From: Gemmatimonadales bacterium
GTDB taxonomy: Bacteria > Gemmatimonadota > Gemmatimonadetes > Gemmatimonadales > GWC2-71-9
Assembly (NCBI GenBank): GCA_035761145.1
Contig: DASTRQ010000171.1
Span: 1 to 52,651, forward strand
Direction: 5' to 3'
Length of the DNA: 52,651 nt
The notes beneath the pieces are model-generated. The model did not search any database. It saw only the letters and a program-made list of their open reading frames with translations, and was not told where the DNA came from. Positions 40,770 to 52,032 of this stretch are shown in pieces (the first letter of the stretch is position 1; every line of letters begins with the position of its first letter). Position numbers and translations under genes: made by a program.

Positions 40770-42038
40770 TCACCCCACGACCACCATCGCGTAGTTCTTC
40801 TTCCCCTTGGCCAGCAGCACGAAGCGCTGGCCGCGCAGGTCGGCGGGGCCGAGGAGTCGGGCGGGGTCGTCGAGCTTCTCGCCGTTGACGGAGAAGCCCT
40901 TCTGCTCGATGCCGCGACGCGCCTCCCCCTTGGAGGCCGCGAGCCCCGCCTGGACCAGGACGTCGGCGAGCGCGACGCCGGCGGTGAGCTGCTCCCGCGC
41001 CAGGCGCAGGGTGGGGATCTCGTCCACCAGCTCGGCGAACGCCTCGTGGGCGGAGTGCGCCGCGACCGCGCCGCCGAAGAGGAGCCCGCTCGCCTCGACC
41101 ACGCGGTCGGCGGTGGCGGGGCCGTGCACGAGGGCGGTCACCTCCCAGGCGAGCTTCCGCTGGCCGGCGCGCTTGCCCGGGTCGGCGGCGTGCGCGGCCA
41201 CGAGCGCCGCGATCTCCTCGAGCGGCAGGAAGGTGAACAGCTTGAGCAGCCGCTCGACGTCGGCGTCCTCCTGGTTGAGCCAGAACTGGTAGAACTTGTA
41301 CGGGCTCGTCCGCGCGGGGTCGAGCCAGATGTTCTGCCCCTCGCTCTTGCCGAACTTGCTCCCGCTGCTCGTGGTGAGGAGCGGGAAGACGAGCCCGTGC
41401 GCCTGGGCCCCCTCGCGCCGGTGGATGAGCTCCACGCCGGCGGTGATGTTGCCCCACTGGTCGGTGCCGCCCATCTGCAGCTCGCACCGCTCGGTGCGGT
41501 ACAGGTGCCAGAAGTCGTGCGCCTGCACCAGCATGTAGGCGAACTCGGTGAACGAGATCCCCGACTCCATCCGCGCCTTCACCGACTCCTTCTGGAGCAT
41601 GTAGTTCACGGTGAAGTGCTTCCCGGTGTCGCGCAGGAAGTCCATCAGGGTGAGGGGCCCGAGCCAGGCGGCGTTGTCGGCCAGGAGCGCGGCGGTGGGG
41701 CCCTCGAAGCTCACGAAGCGCCGCAGCTGATCGGCGATGCGCCGGGTGTTGGCGGCCACCTCCTCCGCGGAGAGCATCGGCCGCTCGGCGCGCTTGCCGC
41801 TCGGGTCGCCCACGAGCCCGGTCCCGCCCCCTACCAGCACCACCGGGCGCCCGCCGAGGCGCTGGAGCCACGCCAGCCCCATCACCGGCACGAGGCTCCC
41901 CACGTGGAGGGAGTCGGCGGTGGGGTCGAAGCCGACGTAGCCGGTGATCGGGCGGCCGGTGGCCAGCCGGGCCTCGAGATGGGGGGTCATGTCGGCCACG
42001 AAGCCGCGGGCCGCGAGTTCGGAGAGGAAGCGGTGCAT
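40770..42038 (-). CDS. tyrS: tyrosine--tRNA ligase
   Basis: [14 protein letters not shown] (HIGH-type), KFGKS (KMSKS-type), and a C-terminal S4 domain. Confidence 0.93.
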   Translation of the reverse strand: MHRFLSELAARGFVADMTPHLEARLATGRPITGYVGFDPTADSLHVGSLVPVMGLAWLQRLGGRPVVLVGGGTGLVGDPSGKRAERPMLSAEEVAANTRRIADQLRRFVSFEGPTAALLADNAAWLGPLTLMDFLRDTGKHFTVNYMLQKESVKARMESGISFTEFAYMLVQAHDFWHLYRTERCELQMGGTDQWGNITAGVELIHRREGAQAHGLVFPLLTTSSGSKFGKSEGQNIWLDPARTSPYKFYQFWLNQEDADVERLLKLFTFLPLEEIAALVAAHAADPGKRAGQRKLAWEVTALVHGPATADRVVEASGLLFGGAVAAHSAHEAFAELVDEIPTLRLAREQLTAGVALADVLVQAGLAASKGEARRGIEQKGFSVNGEKLDDPARLLGPADLRGQRFVLLAKGKKNYAMVVVG

Positions 42039-42097
42039 GACGGGAAGTTAGACGGCCGGGCCGCTGGGCGGCTAGGCGGCAAGCCGGTGGCGTGACG

Positions 42098-42125
42098 CTC
42101 GACCCTCGACCCTCGACCCTCGATT
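42098..42125. repeat. (CTCGACC)3-4 heptamer array (complement of GGTCGAG), then CCGCCGAC repeats
   Basis: ctcgacc ctcgacc ctcgacc ctcgatt, followed by cccgaccccgcccgccgac...cccgccgacccgccgac up to 42168. Confidence 0.95.
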
Positions 42126-42180
42126 CCCGACCCCGCCCGCCGACTGGCCGTCCCGCCGACCCGCCGACTAGTATTGAAGC

Positions 42181-44337
42181 ATGCTTCGCACTCTCTCCCG
42201 CTGGTGGCACACGCCCAGGATCCGCAGCTGGACCGTGACCCTGGTGGTGGCCGGCCTTGGCTTCGGCGGCGCCGCCGTGGGCGGGGCCTGGCATCGGGCG
42301 TGCCTCAACAACGCCTGCCCGTCGGTGGTGGGGGTCATCGAGTACGACCCCGACCAGGCCTCCAAGGTCTACGCCGCCGATGGCCGGCTCATCACCGACT
42401 TCGGGCTCCAGCGGCGCACGGTGGTGCCGCTCAGCCAGATGTCGCCGGCCGTCATCGCGGCGTTCATCTCGGTCGAGGACAAGCGCTTCTACCGCCACCA
42501 CGGCATCGACTGGATCCGGGTGGCGGGGGCCATCAAGTCGAAGCTCCTGCTGGGCCGCCTCACCGGCGCCTCGACCATCACGATGCAGCTGGCGGGGAAC
42601 CTCTGGCCCGAGGCGATCGACCGGCGCGACCGCTCCCCCCGCCGCAAGATCCGCGAGGCGGAGGTGGCGCTCGAGCTCGAGCGCCAGTTCTCCAAGGACA
42701 AGATCCTGGAGCTCTACCTCAACCAGATCGACCTGGGCAACCGCGCCTTCGGCGTGGAGGCGGCGGCGCAGCGCTACTTCGGCAAGGACGCGCGGGACCT
42801 GAACGTGGCCGAGGCGGCGATGCTCGCCGCCCTCCCGAAGGCGCCCTCGACGTACAACCCGCGCCGCAACCAGCGCGCCGCCGTGCGCCGGCGCAACCTG
42901 GTCATCGAGCTGATGCGGGACAACGGCGTCCTCACGCCCGAGGAGGCGGAGCGCTGGAAGGCCTACCCGCTGGTGCTCTCGAGCCGCTCGGACTTCAGCG
43001 AGGTGGCGCCCTACTTCACCGAGTACGTGCGCCAGCTGATGTCGGCACGGTTCGGTCCCGAGCTCTACACCAGCGGGCTCCGCATCTACACCACGCTCGA
43101 CCTCGACGTGCAGCAGGCGGCGGAGCGGGCGCTCGAGGCGCAGCTCCTGGCCATCGAGGGGGGCACCTACGGCGCCTACCCGCACCAGACCTACGCGCAG
43201 TACCTGCAGGAACGGGCCGACCACGACGACCAGGAGCCCCCCGCCTTCTCGCCGTACCTGCAGGGGCTCGTGGTCTCCATCGAACCCTCGACCGGGTACA
43301 TCCGCGCGATGGTGGGGGGGCGCGACTTCGAGGACAGCAAGTTCAACCGCGCCATCCAGGCGCGGCGCCAGCCCGGTTCCACCTTCAAGCCGTTCGTGTA
43401 CAGCGCCGCGCTCCGCGCCGGCCACCCGCTCTCCGAGATCCTGGTGGACGAGCCGCTCAGCGTCCCCAACATGACGCCCACCGGCGAGCCGTGGGAGCCG
43501 CAGAACTACGACAACCAGTTCCGCGGCCCCCTCTCGCTCCGCCAGGCGCTCACGACGAGCAACAACATCGTGACGATCCGCCTGGGGATGGAGGAGCTGG
43601 GCGAGCAGGCGGTGATCGACGAGGCCACGCGCTTCGGCATCACCACGCCGATCCCCGCGCTCCCCTCCATCCACATCGGCTCCGCCGACGTCCAGCCGCT
43701 CGAGATGGTGGCCGCCTTCACCACCTTCCCGAACCTGGGGACCCGGTCGGTGCCCCTCGCCATCCTGCGCGTGGAGGACCGGCAGGGGAACATCCTCTGG
43801 CAGCCCCAGCCCCGCACGGTGCCGGTGATGCCGAAGAACCAGGCGTGGCTCCTTGGCGACGTGCTGCGCGACGTGGTGCGCACCCGCGGCGGCACCGCCT
43901 ACTCCGCCACGACCGCCGCCGGGTTCACCATCCCCGCCGGCGGCAAGACCGGCACCACCGACGACGGCACCGACGTCTGGTTCATCGGGTTCACCCCCGA
44001 TCTCGTCACCGGCTTCTGGATGGGGCTCGACAAGCCGGAGCGCATCAAGTACAACGCCGCCGGCGGCGTGCTCGCCGCCCCCGCGTGGACCGCGATGATG
44101 AAGGAGATCTACGAGCGCCGCTCGGTGCCCACCGACCCGTGGCCGCGCCCCGACTCGCTCGTCATCGCCGAGATCGACCGGAGCAACGGCTACCTCGCCT
44201 GGCCCACCTGCCCGCGCGATCTCCACTTCGTCGAGTCCTACCTCCCGGGCACGGAACCCAAGGAGTACTGTCCCGTCCACGGCTTCAACCCGCTCGGCGG
44301 CTCCCCCCTCCAGGGGACCGCCCCGCCCCCGCCCTGA
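42181..44337 (+). CDS. mrcA: penicillin-binding protein 1A (bifunctional transglycosylase/transpeptidase)
   Basis: GT51 motifs EDKRFYRHHGID and RKIREAEVALELE. Transpeptidase motifs STFKP (SxxK), TSNN (SxN) and KTGTT. Confidence 0.92.
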   Translation: MLRTLSRWWHTPRIRSWTVTLVVAGLGFGGAAVGGAWHRACLNNACPSVVGVIEYDPDQASKVYAADGRLITDFGLQRRTVVPLSQMSPAVIAAFISVEDKRFYRHHGIDWIRVAGAIKSKLLLGRLTGASTITMQLAGNLWPEAIDRRDRSPRRKIREAEVALELERQFSKDKILELYLNQIDLGNRAFGVEAAAQRYFGKDARDLNVAEAAMLAALPKAPSTYNPRRNQRAAVRRRNLVIELMRDNGVLTPEEAERWKAYPLVLSSRSDFSEVAPYFTEYVRQLMSARFGPELYTSGLRIYTTLDLDVQQAAERALEAQLLAIEGGTYGAYPHQTYAQYLQERADHDDQEPPAFSPYLQGLVVSIEPSTGYIRAMVGGRDFEDSKFNRAIQARRQPGSTFKPFVYSAALRAGHPLSEILVDEPLSVPNMTPTGEPWEPQNYDNQFRGPLSLRQALTTSNNIVTIRLGMEELGEQAVIDEATRFGITTPIPALPSIHIGSADVQPLEMVAAFTTFPNLGTRSVPLAILRVEDRQGNILWQPQPRTVPVMPKNQAWLLGDVLRDVVRTRGGTAYSATTAAGFTIPAGGKTGTTDDGTDVWFIGFTPDLVTGFWMGLDKPERIKYNAAGGVLAAPAWTAMMKEIYERRSVPTDPWPRPDSLVIAEIDRSNGYLAWPTCPRDLHFVESYLPGTEPKEYCPVHGFNPLGGSPLQGTAPPPP

Positions 44338-44341
44338 GCGC

Positions 44342-45568
44342 GTGACGGCGCTCCGCCTCGCGGCCGACTGGGTCGTGACGATGGACGGCGCTCCCCTCCG
44401 CGGGGGCGCCGTCGTCGTCGATGCCGCCGGACGGATCGCCGCGGTCGAGCCCGGCACCGCGCCGGAGGCGCCCCCGGGCCCCCCCGCCCGCCAGACCGTG
44501 CTCCTTCCCGGTCTCGTCAACGCGCATACCCACCTTGAGCTCACCGGGCTGGGCGGCACCGTGACCGAGGACGATTTCGTCGCCTGGATCGGTCACCTGA
44601 TCCGGCTCCTGGGGGAGCGCGACCGCGCGGAGTATCTCGCCGCCGCGCGGCAGGGGATCCGCGACAACTGGGCCATCGGCGTCACCACCGTCGCCGACTG
44701 CGGCGCCACGGGCACCGTGATCGAGGCGCTGGCCGAGCTCGGCGCCAGCGGGATCGCGTACCACGAGGTGTTCGGCCCCGATCCCGCCGCCGCCGACGCC
44801 CAGCTCGCCGCCTGGCAGGCGCGCCTCGCCGAGCTGCGCCGGTTCGAGGGGCCGCGCGTCCGGCTCGGCGCTTCCCCCCACGCCCCCTACTCGGTCAGCG
44901 CCCCGCTGTACCGCCGCGCCGCCGCCCACGCGCGCGCCGAGGGGCTCCCCCTCGCCGTCCACATCGCCGAGACGCCGCTCGAGGACGACCTGCTGCTGCG
45001 CGGGGCGGGGGGCTTCGCCGAGCGATTGCGGGCGCGCGGCCTCGCCCTCGCGCCGGCCGGGGTGGGGCCGCTCGCCCTCCTCGAGCGCGAGGAGGTGCTC
45101 GGCCCCGACCTGCTCGCCATCCACTGCTGCACCGCGAGCGGCGAGGACCTCGATCGCCTGGCGCGCCACGGCGCCGCGGTGGCGCACTGCCCCCGGTCCA
45201 ACCGCCGCCATCACGGCCTGGCCGCCCCGATCGGCGCGATGCTCGCCTCGGGGCTCCGCGTCGGGGTGGGGACCGATTCGGAAGCGAGCGTGCACCCCCT
45301 GGACCTGCGCGCCGAGGCGCGCGCCGCGCGGGAGCTCGCAGGCCTCGACGCCCAGGAGGCGCTTGCGCTCATCACCCTCGGCGCCGCCCGCGCCATCGGC
45401 CTCGGCGACGAGGTGGGCGCCCTGGTGACCGGGCGCTGGGCCGACCTCGTGGCCGTCGCCATCCCCGCGAGCGAAACGCCGGAGCAGGTGTACGAGGCGG
45501 TGCTGACCGTGGGCGAGGTCGAGGCGACCTGGGTGGGAGGGCGGGAGGTCCACCGCCGCTCCGCTTGA
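44342..45568 (+). CDS. metal-dependent amidohydrolase (chlorohydrolase/nucleoside-deaminase-like subfamily)
   Basis: LPGLVNAHTHLE, SPHAPYS, HIAET and GTDS motifs. GTG start. Substrate cannot be assigned. Confidence 0.75.
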   Translation: MTALRLAADWVVTMDGAPLRGGAVVVDAAGRIAAVEPGTAPEAPPGPPARQTVLLPGLVNAHTHLELTGLGGTVTEDDFVAWIGHLIRLLGERDRAEYLAAARQGIRDNWAIGVTTVADCGATGTVIEALAELGASGIAYHEVFGPDPAAADAQLAAWQARLAELRRFEGPRVRLGASPHAPYSVSAPLYRRAAAHARAEGLPLAVHIAETPLEDDLLLRGAGGFAERLRARGLALAPAGVGPLALLEREEVLGPDLLAIHCCTASGEDLDRLARHGAAVAHCPRSNRRHHGLAAPIGAMLASGLRVGVGTDSEASVHPLDLRAEARAARELAGLDAQEALALITLGAARAIGLGDEVGALVTGRWADLVAVAIPASETPEQVYEAVLTVGEVEATWVGGREVHRRSA

Positions 45569-45596
45569 TTATTCGGCGGAGTGGATGACTATTCAG
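45567..45596. promoter_or_regulatory. possible ARG-box-like half-site pair upstream of argR
   Basis: GATTATTCGG (45567-45576) and GACTATTCAG (45587-45596) are direct 10-mers 20 bp apart in a locally AT-rich patch just before ATG 45602. Confidence 0.3.
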
Positions 45597-45601
45597 TCAC
45601 G

Positions 45602-46054
45602 ATGAAGCCCCGCCGCCAGGCCCTGATCCTCAAGCTCATCGCCGAGACGCGCATCGAGAACCAGGATGCGCTCAAGGCGGCGCTGGCGCGCGAGGGGGTG
45701 GAGGCTACGCAGGCCACCCTGAGCCGCGACCTCCGGGAGCTCGGCCTGGTGAAGCTGGCCGATCCCTCGGGGGGGAGTTTCTACGCGCGGGCGGGGGACC
45801 AGGCGGTGGCGGCGCCGCGGCCTCAGCTCGCGCGGCTGGTGCAGGGGCTGCTGCTGGAGGTGGACGGGGTGGGGCCCTTCGTGGTGCTGCGCACCGCGCC
45901 GGGCGGGGCGGGGGCGCTCTCCGCCGCGCTCGACCAGGCGGCGTGGGAGGAGGTCGTGGGGACCATCGCGGGGGACGACACCATCCTTGTCATCACCCGG
46001 TCGGAGAAGGCGCGGAGGGTGGTGGGGGAGAGGATGAAGGTGTTGGCGGGGTAG
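45602..46054 (+). CDS. argR: arginine repressor
   Basis: R-x-x-I-x-x-L-I, TQATLSRDLRELG (winged helix) and GTIAGDDTILVI (arginine-binding core). The track start GTG 45581 would put the box inside the CDS. Confidence 0.88.
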   Translation: MKPRRQALILKLIAETRIENQDALKAALAREGVEATQATLSRDLRELGLVKLADPSGGSFYARAGDQAVAAPRPQLARLVQGLLLEVDGVGPFVVLRTAPGGAGALSAALDQAAWEEVVGTIAGDDTILVITRSEKARRVVGERMKVLAG

Positions 46055-46142
46055 CCGCCACCCCCTTGCCCCCCGAAACCCCGCCGAATTAGGCTAAATG
46101 GGTCTGCCGCCACCGTTTGGCGGCCTACGGGAGGTGTGGTCC

Positions 46143-46691
46143 GTGCGCTGTCTCGCCCTCAACGCGTCCTTCGAACCGCTGACGATGGTCCCCGTCCGGC
46201 GGGCCCTTCGGCTGGTCATCGAGGGGAAGGCGGAGATCGTCGAGGCCGAGCGCGGGGAGTATGTCCGAAGTGCGAGCCTGATGGTCCCACGGCCCGCCAT
46301 CATCCGCCTCGTCAAGTTCGTGCACGTCCCCCGCCGCTTCCGTCGCCAGGTCACCAACACCTTCCTCTTCGCCCGCGACGACTACCGCTGCATGTACTGC
46401 GGGCGGACGCCGAACGAGTTCAGGCACCGCGAGTGCCTCACCCGCGACCACCTGATCCCCATCAGCCGCGGCGGCGGGAACGAGTGGACCAACGTCGTGA
46501 CGGCGTGCAGCACCTGCAACACCCGCAAGGGGAACCGCCTCCCGGACGAGTGCGGGATGCACCCCCTCAAGGCGCCGGTGGAGCCCCACTTCGTGCACCT
46601 CGCCTGGGCGGTGCGCAAGCTCACCCGCCTCCAGGCCAAGTACATCCGGGCGTTCTACGGCGAGGAAGCGCTGCGGGCGCTGGGGGGATGA
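46143..46691 (+). CDS. HNH endonuclease family protein
   Basis: GGGAGGTG lies 7-8 nt before GTG 46143. The N-terminus (M)RCLALNASFEPL is typical of this family. HNH core DHLIPISRGG...NVVTACSTCNTRKGN has CxxC pairs CMYCG and CSTCN. Confidence 0.85.
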   Translation: MRCLALNASFEPLTMVPVRRALRLVIEGKAEIVEAERGEYVRSASLMVPRPAIIRLVKFVHVPRRFRRQVTNTFLFARDDYRCMYCGRTPNEFRHRECLTRDHLIPISRGGGNEWTNVVTACSTCNTRKGNRLPDECGMHPLKAPVEPHFVHLAWAVRKLTRLQAKYIRAFYGEEALRALGG

Positions 46692-46720
46692 CCGGCGGGG
46701 GGGTGAGCGGCAGGCGGCGA

Positions 46721-46747
46721 GGGGGGCTCCGATCCACGGAGCCCCCC
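46721..46747. terminator. bidirectional terminator hairpin between convergent genes
   Basis: GGGGGGCTCCG-atcca-CGGAGCCCCCC gives an 11-bp perfect stem. The T/A runs are short. Confidence 0.6.
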
Positions 46748-46748
46748 T

Positions 46749-47396
46749 TCACCGTACCACGAACTTGGGCGACCTCGCTTCCAGCCGGAGGCTCGGCAGT
46801 CCCGCCACCGAGAGGAGGGTGCGGCGGATCGCCTTGGTGATGGCGCCGCCGATCGGTTCGCTGCCGGTCGTGGCGGGGGCCACCTCGCCCGAGAGGAACT
46901 GCTCGAGGTCGGCGATGTCGGTGTCCGAGAGGGTGGAGACCTCGAGCGTCACGGCGTAGTAGTACTCGCCGGGGTCGCGCGGGCCGACGCGGACCTCGCG
47001 CGGCACCGCGAGCCCCTCCGCCAGCGCGCGCAGGTCGGCGAAGCGGGAGATCCGGTTGGTGAAGCGGAACACCTCGCCCACCTGGTACTGGTCGAGGAGG
47101 GGCTCGTGGCGGATCACGACGTCCCACTCGGTCTGCCGCACGAAGGCGTCGAGGAGGCTCCGCGAGCGCCAGACCTCCACCTTGTAATGCAGCCGCACCG
47201 GGAAGCCCGAGGCGAGCATCGCCGTGACGCGGGGGTCGCGCACCACGTCGCGCGTGACGAGGCGCGCGTGCTCCGTGCGGCCGCTCGAGTCGGGGGTGAG
47301 CGAGACCTCGAGGCGCACGCGCGCCTCCTCCTGCGCGCTGAGCGGCGCCGCGGCGCCCGCCGCCGCGAGGGCGAGGAGCAGCAGGGTCCGTCGCAC
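46749..47396 (-). CDS. DUF4390-like periplasmic protein
   Basis: The GTG start shares one base with the upstream TAG. Signal peptide LLLLALAAAGAAAPLSAQ. Beta-rich ~190-aa body (RLHYKVEVWR..., YYYAVTLEVS...). The family call is from memory of the DUF4390 pattern and context. Confidence 0.55.
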   Translation of the reverse strand: MRRTLLLLALAAAGAAAPLSAQEEARVRLEVSLTPDSSGRTEHARLVTRDVVRDPRVTAMLASGFPVRLHYKVEVWRSRSLLDAFVRQTEWDVVIRHEPLLDQYQVGEVFRFTNRISRFADLRALAEGLAVPREVRVGPRDPGEYYYAVTLEVSTLSDTDIADLEQFLSGEVAPATTGSEPIGGAITKAIRRTLLSVAGLPSLRLEARSPKFVVR

Positions 47397-49153
47397 TAGA
47401 AGCGGCGCTGCAGGCGGAGGAAGAACCGCACCGGCTCGCCGCCGGTGAGCGACTTGCTCAGGTAGGCGCCGAGCCCGCCGGCGTCGAGCCCGATGCCGAC
47501 CTCGGAAAGCCACTCGTCAAGGGCGGGGATCCGGTCGTTGGGCACGCGGCCCGGGCCGTCCCCCGTGAGCCACCCCTTGCCGGCGTCGCCGTGGACCACG
47601 ACGTCCACCTGGTCGATCCCGATGGCCTGCTCCACGCCGCTCCGCTCCCGGTAGCGGTACAGCAGCCCCAGGTCGAGCCGGGTGCGGAACTCCGCCTGCA
47701 CCACCAGCGAGCGGTCGCAGAGCGCGGGGAGCGCCGGGTCGGCCGGCGCCCCTTCGCCGCACCGGTCGGCGCGGAAGCCGTAGCCGGGGAGGGGGTCGGG
47801 CCCCCCCACCGAGACCCGCTCCTGCAGGGGGAGGGGATCGCCGCCGAGCCAGCCGCCCCCCGCGGCGCGCAGGTGGAGCCGCATCGCGGGGGTGAGCCGG
47901 GTGTAGCTCCGCGCGTCGAACCAGAAGCGCTGGAAGGCGTACGACCCGTCGGTGGGGATGGGGCCGCGCACGGTGGCCGGCAGGTCCACCGGCCCCACGT
48001 CGCGCGAACTGGAGCGCTCCCAGGTGGCGCGGATCCACGTGCCCGACGTGGGGAGGTGCCGGTCGTTCCGGGTGTCGTAGGCCACGCCCAGGTGGAAGGT
48101 CCGGTACCGTCCGTCGTCCACCAGCGGGTTGGGCCGCCACGGTTCCTGCGCGCGGAAGAGGGTCCAGGGGTCGTTGGCCGGGAGCGAACGCTGCCGCTCG
48201 GTGCGCCACCCCGCCTCGAGCCGGGTGGAGCTTCCCACCCAGTTGTAGGCGTAGAAGGCGACCCCTTCGTTCAGGTAATAGTCGCGGTAGTCGCGGTGCA
48301 GCAGCAGGCTCGACCACCCGACCTCGCTCCGGCCCAGCGGCTCCGCCTCGATGGCCTGCACGGTCTGCGAGGCGCGCACCCCCGCGCCCCAGCCGTGATG
48401 GTTGGAGGTCCCCTGCGAATAGTCGAACCTGCCGTCATACCCCACCTGCTCGCCCAGCTCGGTCGGGTCGCCGGTGGTGCGGATGATGCCGAGCACGCCG
48501 AGCGAGGCGCGCCGGTCGGGCCCGATGGGATAGCTGAAGCGCGGACCGAAGGTGATCGGGAGCCCCTCCACCCGGTTGTAGGTGCCGCCGGTGGAGAAGA
48601 AGAGGGTGGTGCGCACCTTCCCCGTCTGGAACGAGCGCTGCGCCCCGCCGAAGTCGAGCAGGCCGCGTCGCCTCGGTCGCGGGACGAGCCGCCCCTCCGC
48701 GTCCCGCATCACCGGGGCGACGGTCGGGTAGGCCTCGAGCCGTCCCGCGATGGCCGTGGTGTCACCCACCACGCCGCCGCCCACCACCAGGACCTCACCC
48801 GTGATGCGCCCCCCGGCCAGGAGCTCGAGGTCGCCGTTCACCACCAGCACCGGCCCCGACAGCTCCCCCGCGACCCGGAGCGGCCCCCGCCAGACCGCCA
48901 CCGGCCCGCGCAGCAGCGCGCCCGCCGGGAGGACGACCTCGCCGTCGAGCCGCGTGGTGGCGGGGTCGTTGAACCGCCCCAGCACGCGCTCCAGCACCTC
49001 GCTCGGCAGGCCGCTCCGCTCCGCGGTCGGCGCCGCCGGCGCGTCGGGGTCGATCACGATCACCGAGTCCTGGGCGGACGCCCGGGAGGCGATGCCGACG
49101 AGGAGGAGCGCGACGAGGTGACCGGTGACCAATGTCCGGTGACAGGGCGTCAT
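47396..49153 (-). CDS. outer-membrane beta-barrel (Omp85/surface-antigen-type) with bactofilin-like N-terminal region
   Basis: ATG 49153 has AAGGA upstream. Signal peptide ...GIASRASAQ. A repetitive G-x-V/L beta-helix-like stretch (VLPAGALLRGPVAVWRGPLRVAGELSGPVLVVNGDLELLAGGRITGEVLVVGGGVVGD). A long alternating barrel with an LPGYGF loop motif and terminal F (LQRRF). Confidence 0.65.
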   Translation of the reverse strand: MTPCHRTLVTGHLVALLLVGIASRASAQDSVIVIDPDAPAAPTAERSGLPSEVLERVLGRFNDPATTRLDGEVVLPAGALLRGPVAVWRGPLRVAGELSGPVLVVNGDLELLAGGRITGEVLVVGGGVVGDTTAIAGRLEAYPTVAPVMRDAEGRLVPRPRRRGLLDFGGAQRSFQTGKVRTTLFFSTGGTYNRVEGLPITFGPRFSYPIGPDRRASLGVLGIIRTTGDPTELGEQVGYDGRFDYSQGTSNHHGWGAGVRASQTVQAIEAEPLGRSEVGWSSLLLHRDYRDYYLNEGVAFYAYNWVGSSTRLEAGWRTERQRSLPANDPWTLFRAQEPWRPNPLVDDGRYRTFHLGVAYDTRNDRHLPTSGTWIRATWERSSSRDVGPVDLPATVRGPIPTDGSYAFQRFWFDARSYTRLTPAMRLHLRAAGGGWLGGDPLPLQERVSVGGPDPLPGYGFRADRCGEGAPADPALPALCDRSLVVQAEFRTRLDLGLLYRYRERSGVEQAIGIDQVDVVVHGDAGKGWLTGDGPGRVPNDRIPALDEWLSEVGIGLDAGGLGAYLSKSLTGGEPVRFFLRLQRRF

Positions 49154-49205
49154 GCCGACTGTCCTTTGGTGGATCGTACGGGCGATCATCATCGGGATCT
49201 CCCAC

Positions 49206-49229
49206 GGGGCGTGGGTCGCGGGTCGCGGG
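49206..49229. repeat. (GGGTCGC) heptamers / four G-tracts
   Basis: GGGGcgtGGGtcgcGGGtcgcGGG in the regulator-to-barrel spacer, followed by GTCACYW repeats. Confidence 0.9.
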
Positions 49230-49262
49230 TCACTTGTCACCAGTCACCACTTACCGACCTCC

Positions 49263-50609
<1,347 letters not shown>

Positions 50610-50611
50610 CG

Positions 50612-51841
50612 TCACCCCCGGCCCCCCGCCCCCGGCCCGGAGGGCGAGGACGCCACGGGAAGGCTGAAGTGGAACACCGCTCCGCCGCCCGGATTCTCCT
50701 CTACCCGTACCGTCCCGCCGTGCGCCTCGATCGTCTGCTTCACCAGCGCCAGCCCCAGCCCGGTGCCGTCCTTCTTGGTGGTGACGTACGGCTGGAAGAT
50801 CCGCTCCCGGTCGCTGGGACGGATGCCGGGCCCGCGATCGGCGACGCGCACCTCCACCCCGTCCTCCCGCGGCGCCACGCTCACCGCGATCTCGCCGCGT
50901 CCCTCCTGCGCCTCGGCCGCGTTGCGGAGCACGTTGCTGAACGCGCGCCGGAGCGGATCCAGGTGGCCGACGACATGCGGCGTGCCCGGGGCCACGGCGC
51001 AGCGCACCGTCACCTCCGGCGGGAGCGAGGTGCGCGCCAGCTCCTCGAGCAGCTCGCCGAGGTCCACCTCGGCCGCCGGGCCCTCGGGGAGGCGGCCGTA
51101 GTCGCTGAACTCGCGCGCCAGCTGCTCCAGCCGGCCCGACTCGGCGCGCAGCACCTCGAGCGCCTCGCGCTGCGCCGGGGTGGCGGTGGCGCCGAGCTGC
51201 GCCACGGCGAAGCGCATCGGGGTGAGGGGGTTCTTCATCTCGTGCGCCACCCGGCGCGCCACCTCGCGGAAGGCGCGGAGCCGCGCCGCCTCGAGCTCGC
51301 GCTCGCGCCCCGATTCGAGCTCGTCGGCCATCCCGCGCAGCGCCTCGCGCAGCACCCCGAACTCGGGGGCGCCGCGCCGCGGCGGCTCGGTGGGGAGCGC
51401 CTCCCGCCGGGCGATGTAGCCGGTCCACTCCACCAGCTCGCCGATGGGGCGGCTCAATTGGCGGCTGAGGTGCCCGGCGATCCGCGCGCCGGCATACACG
51501 ATGATCGCCCCCAGCAGGAGCAGGAACGCCGTGGCCGCGGTGCCGATGTAGGCGCTGTACGCGCTGACCTGCTGCGCCCGCGTGAGCGCCGTGCTGAGCG
51601 CCACCCGGTGCTCCGCCAGCGCGCGCTTCTCGAGGCTCGAGAGCCGCGTGGTGTCGATCGTCTCGATCAGCGCGCGCCCCGTCGTCCCCGCCGTCCCCAC
51701 CGCGAGGCGCATCGCCTCGGCCGTCGAACCGCTCTGGATGGTGAGCGCCCAGCTCACCAGCACCGCCGCGGTCGGCAGCACGCCGAGCGCGAGGAGCGCC
51801 CAGAGGATCCGCTGGCGGAAGGTGAGGGGGCGGGGAAGCAT
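50612..51841 (-). CDS. sensor histidine kinase (two TM, HAMP, HisKA, HATPase)
   Basis: H-box HEMKNPLTPM, N-box NVLRNAAEA, and G-boxes DRGPGI and GTGLGLA. ATG 51841 precedes the first TM. Confidence 0.88.
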   Translation of the reverse strand: MLPRPLTFRQRILWALLALGVLPTAAVLVSWALTIQSGSTAEAMRLAVGTAGTTGRALIETIDTTRLSSLEKRALAEHRVALSTALTRAQQVSAYSAYIGTAATAFLLLLGAIIVYAGARIAGHLSRQLSRPIGELVEWTGYIARREALPTEPPRRGAPEFGVLREALRGMADELESGRERELEAARLRAFREVARRVAHEMKNPLTPMRFAVAQLGATATPAQREALEVLRAESGRLEQLAREFSDYGRLPEGPAAEVDLGELLEELARTSLPPEVTVRCAVAPGTPHVVGHLDPLRRAFSNVLRNAAEAQEGRGEIAVSVAPREDGVEVRVADRGPGIRPSDRERIFQPYVTTKKDGTGLGLALVKQTIEAHGGTVRVEENPGGGAVFHFSLPVASSPSGPGAGGRG

Positions 51842-52032
51842 CCCTGAATGTAGCGTGGGGCGTGTCAGTTGAACACAGGTGGTGGGGGTCTTGGTCCGGA
51901 CGCCTGGGGGTGGGGCTGCGCCGGCCGGGCGGGCCAAATCTTTGGGATCGAGTGGGTTAGGCGGCAGGCCCCAGCCTGAAGGCGCCCCTATAGGAACCCC
52001 GCCTTCACTCCCCTATCTTTACCCCCGCCCAG

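Noticed and set aside
51842-52032. 191-bp spacer between the divergent kinase and acyl-CoA synthetase genes as a site for an sRNA or riboswitch.
   Set aside because: I found no terminator hairpin, no convincing promoter hexamers and no repeat. I treat it as an ordinary divergent promoter region.
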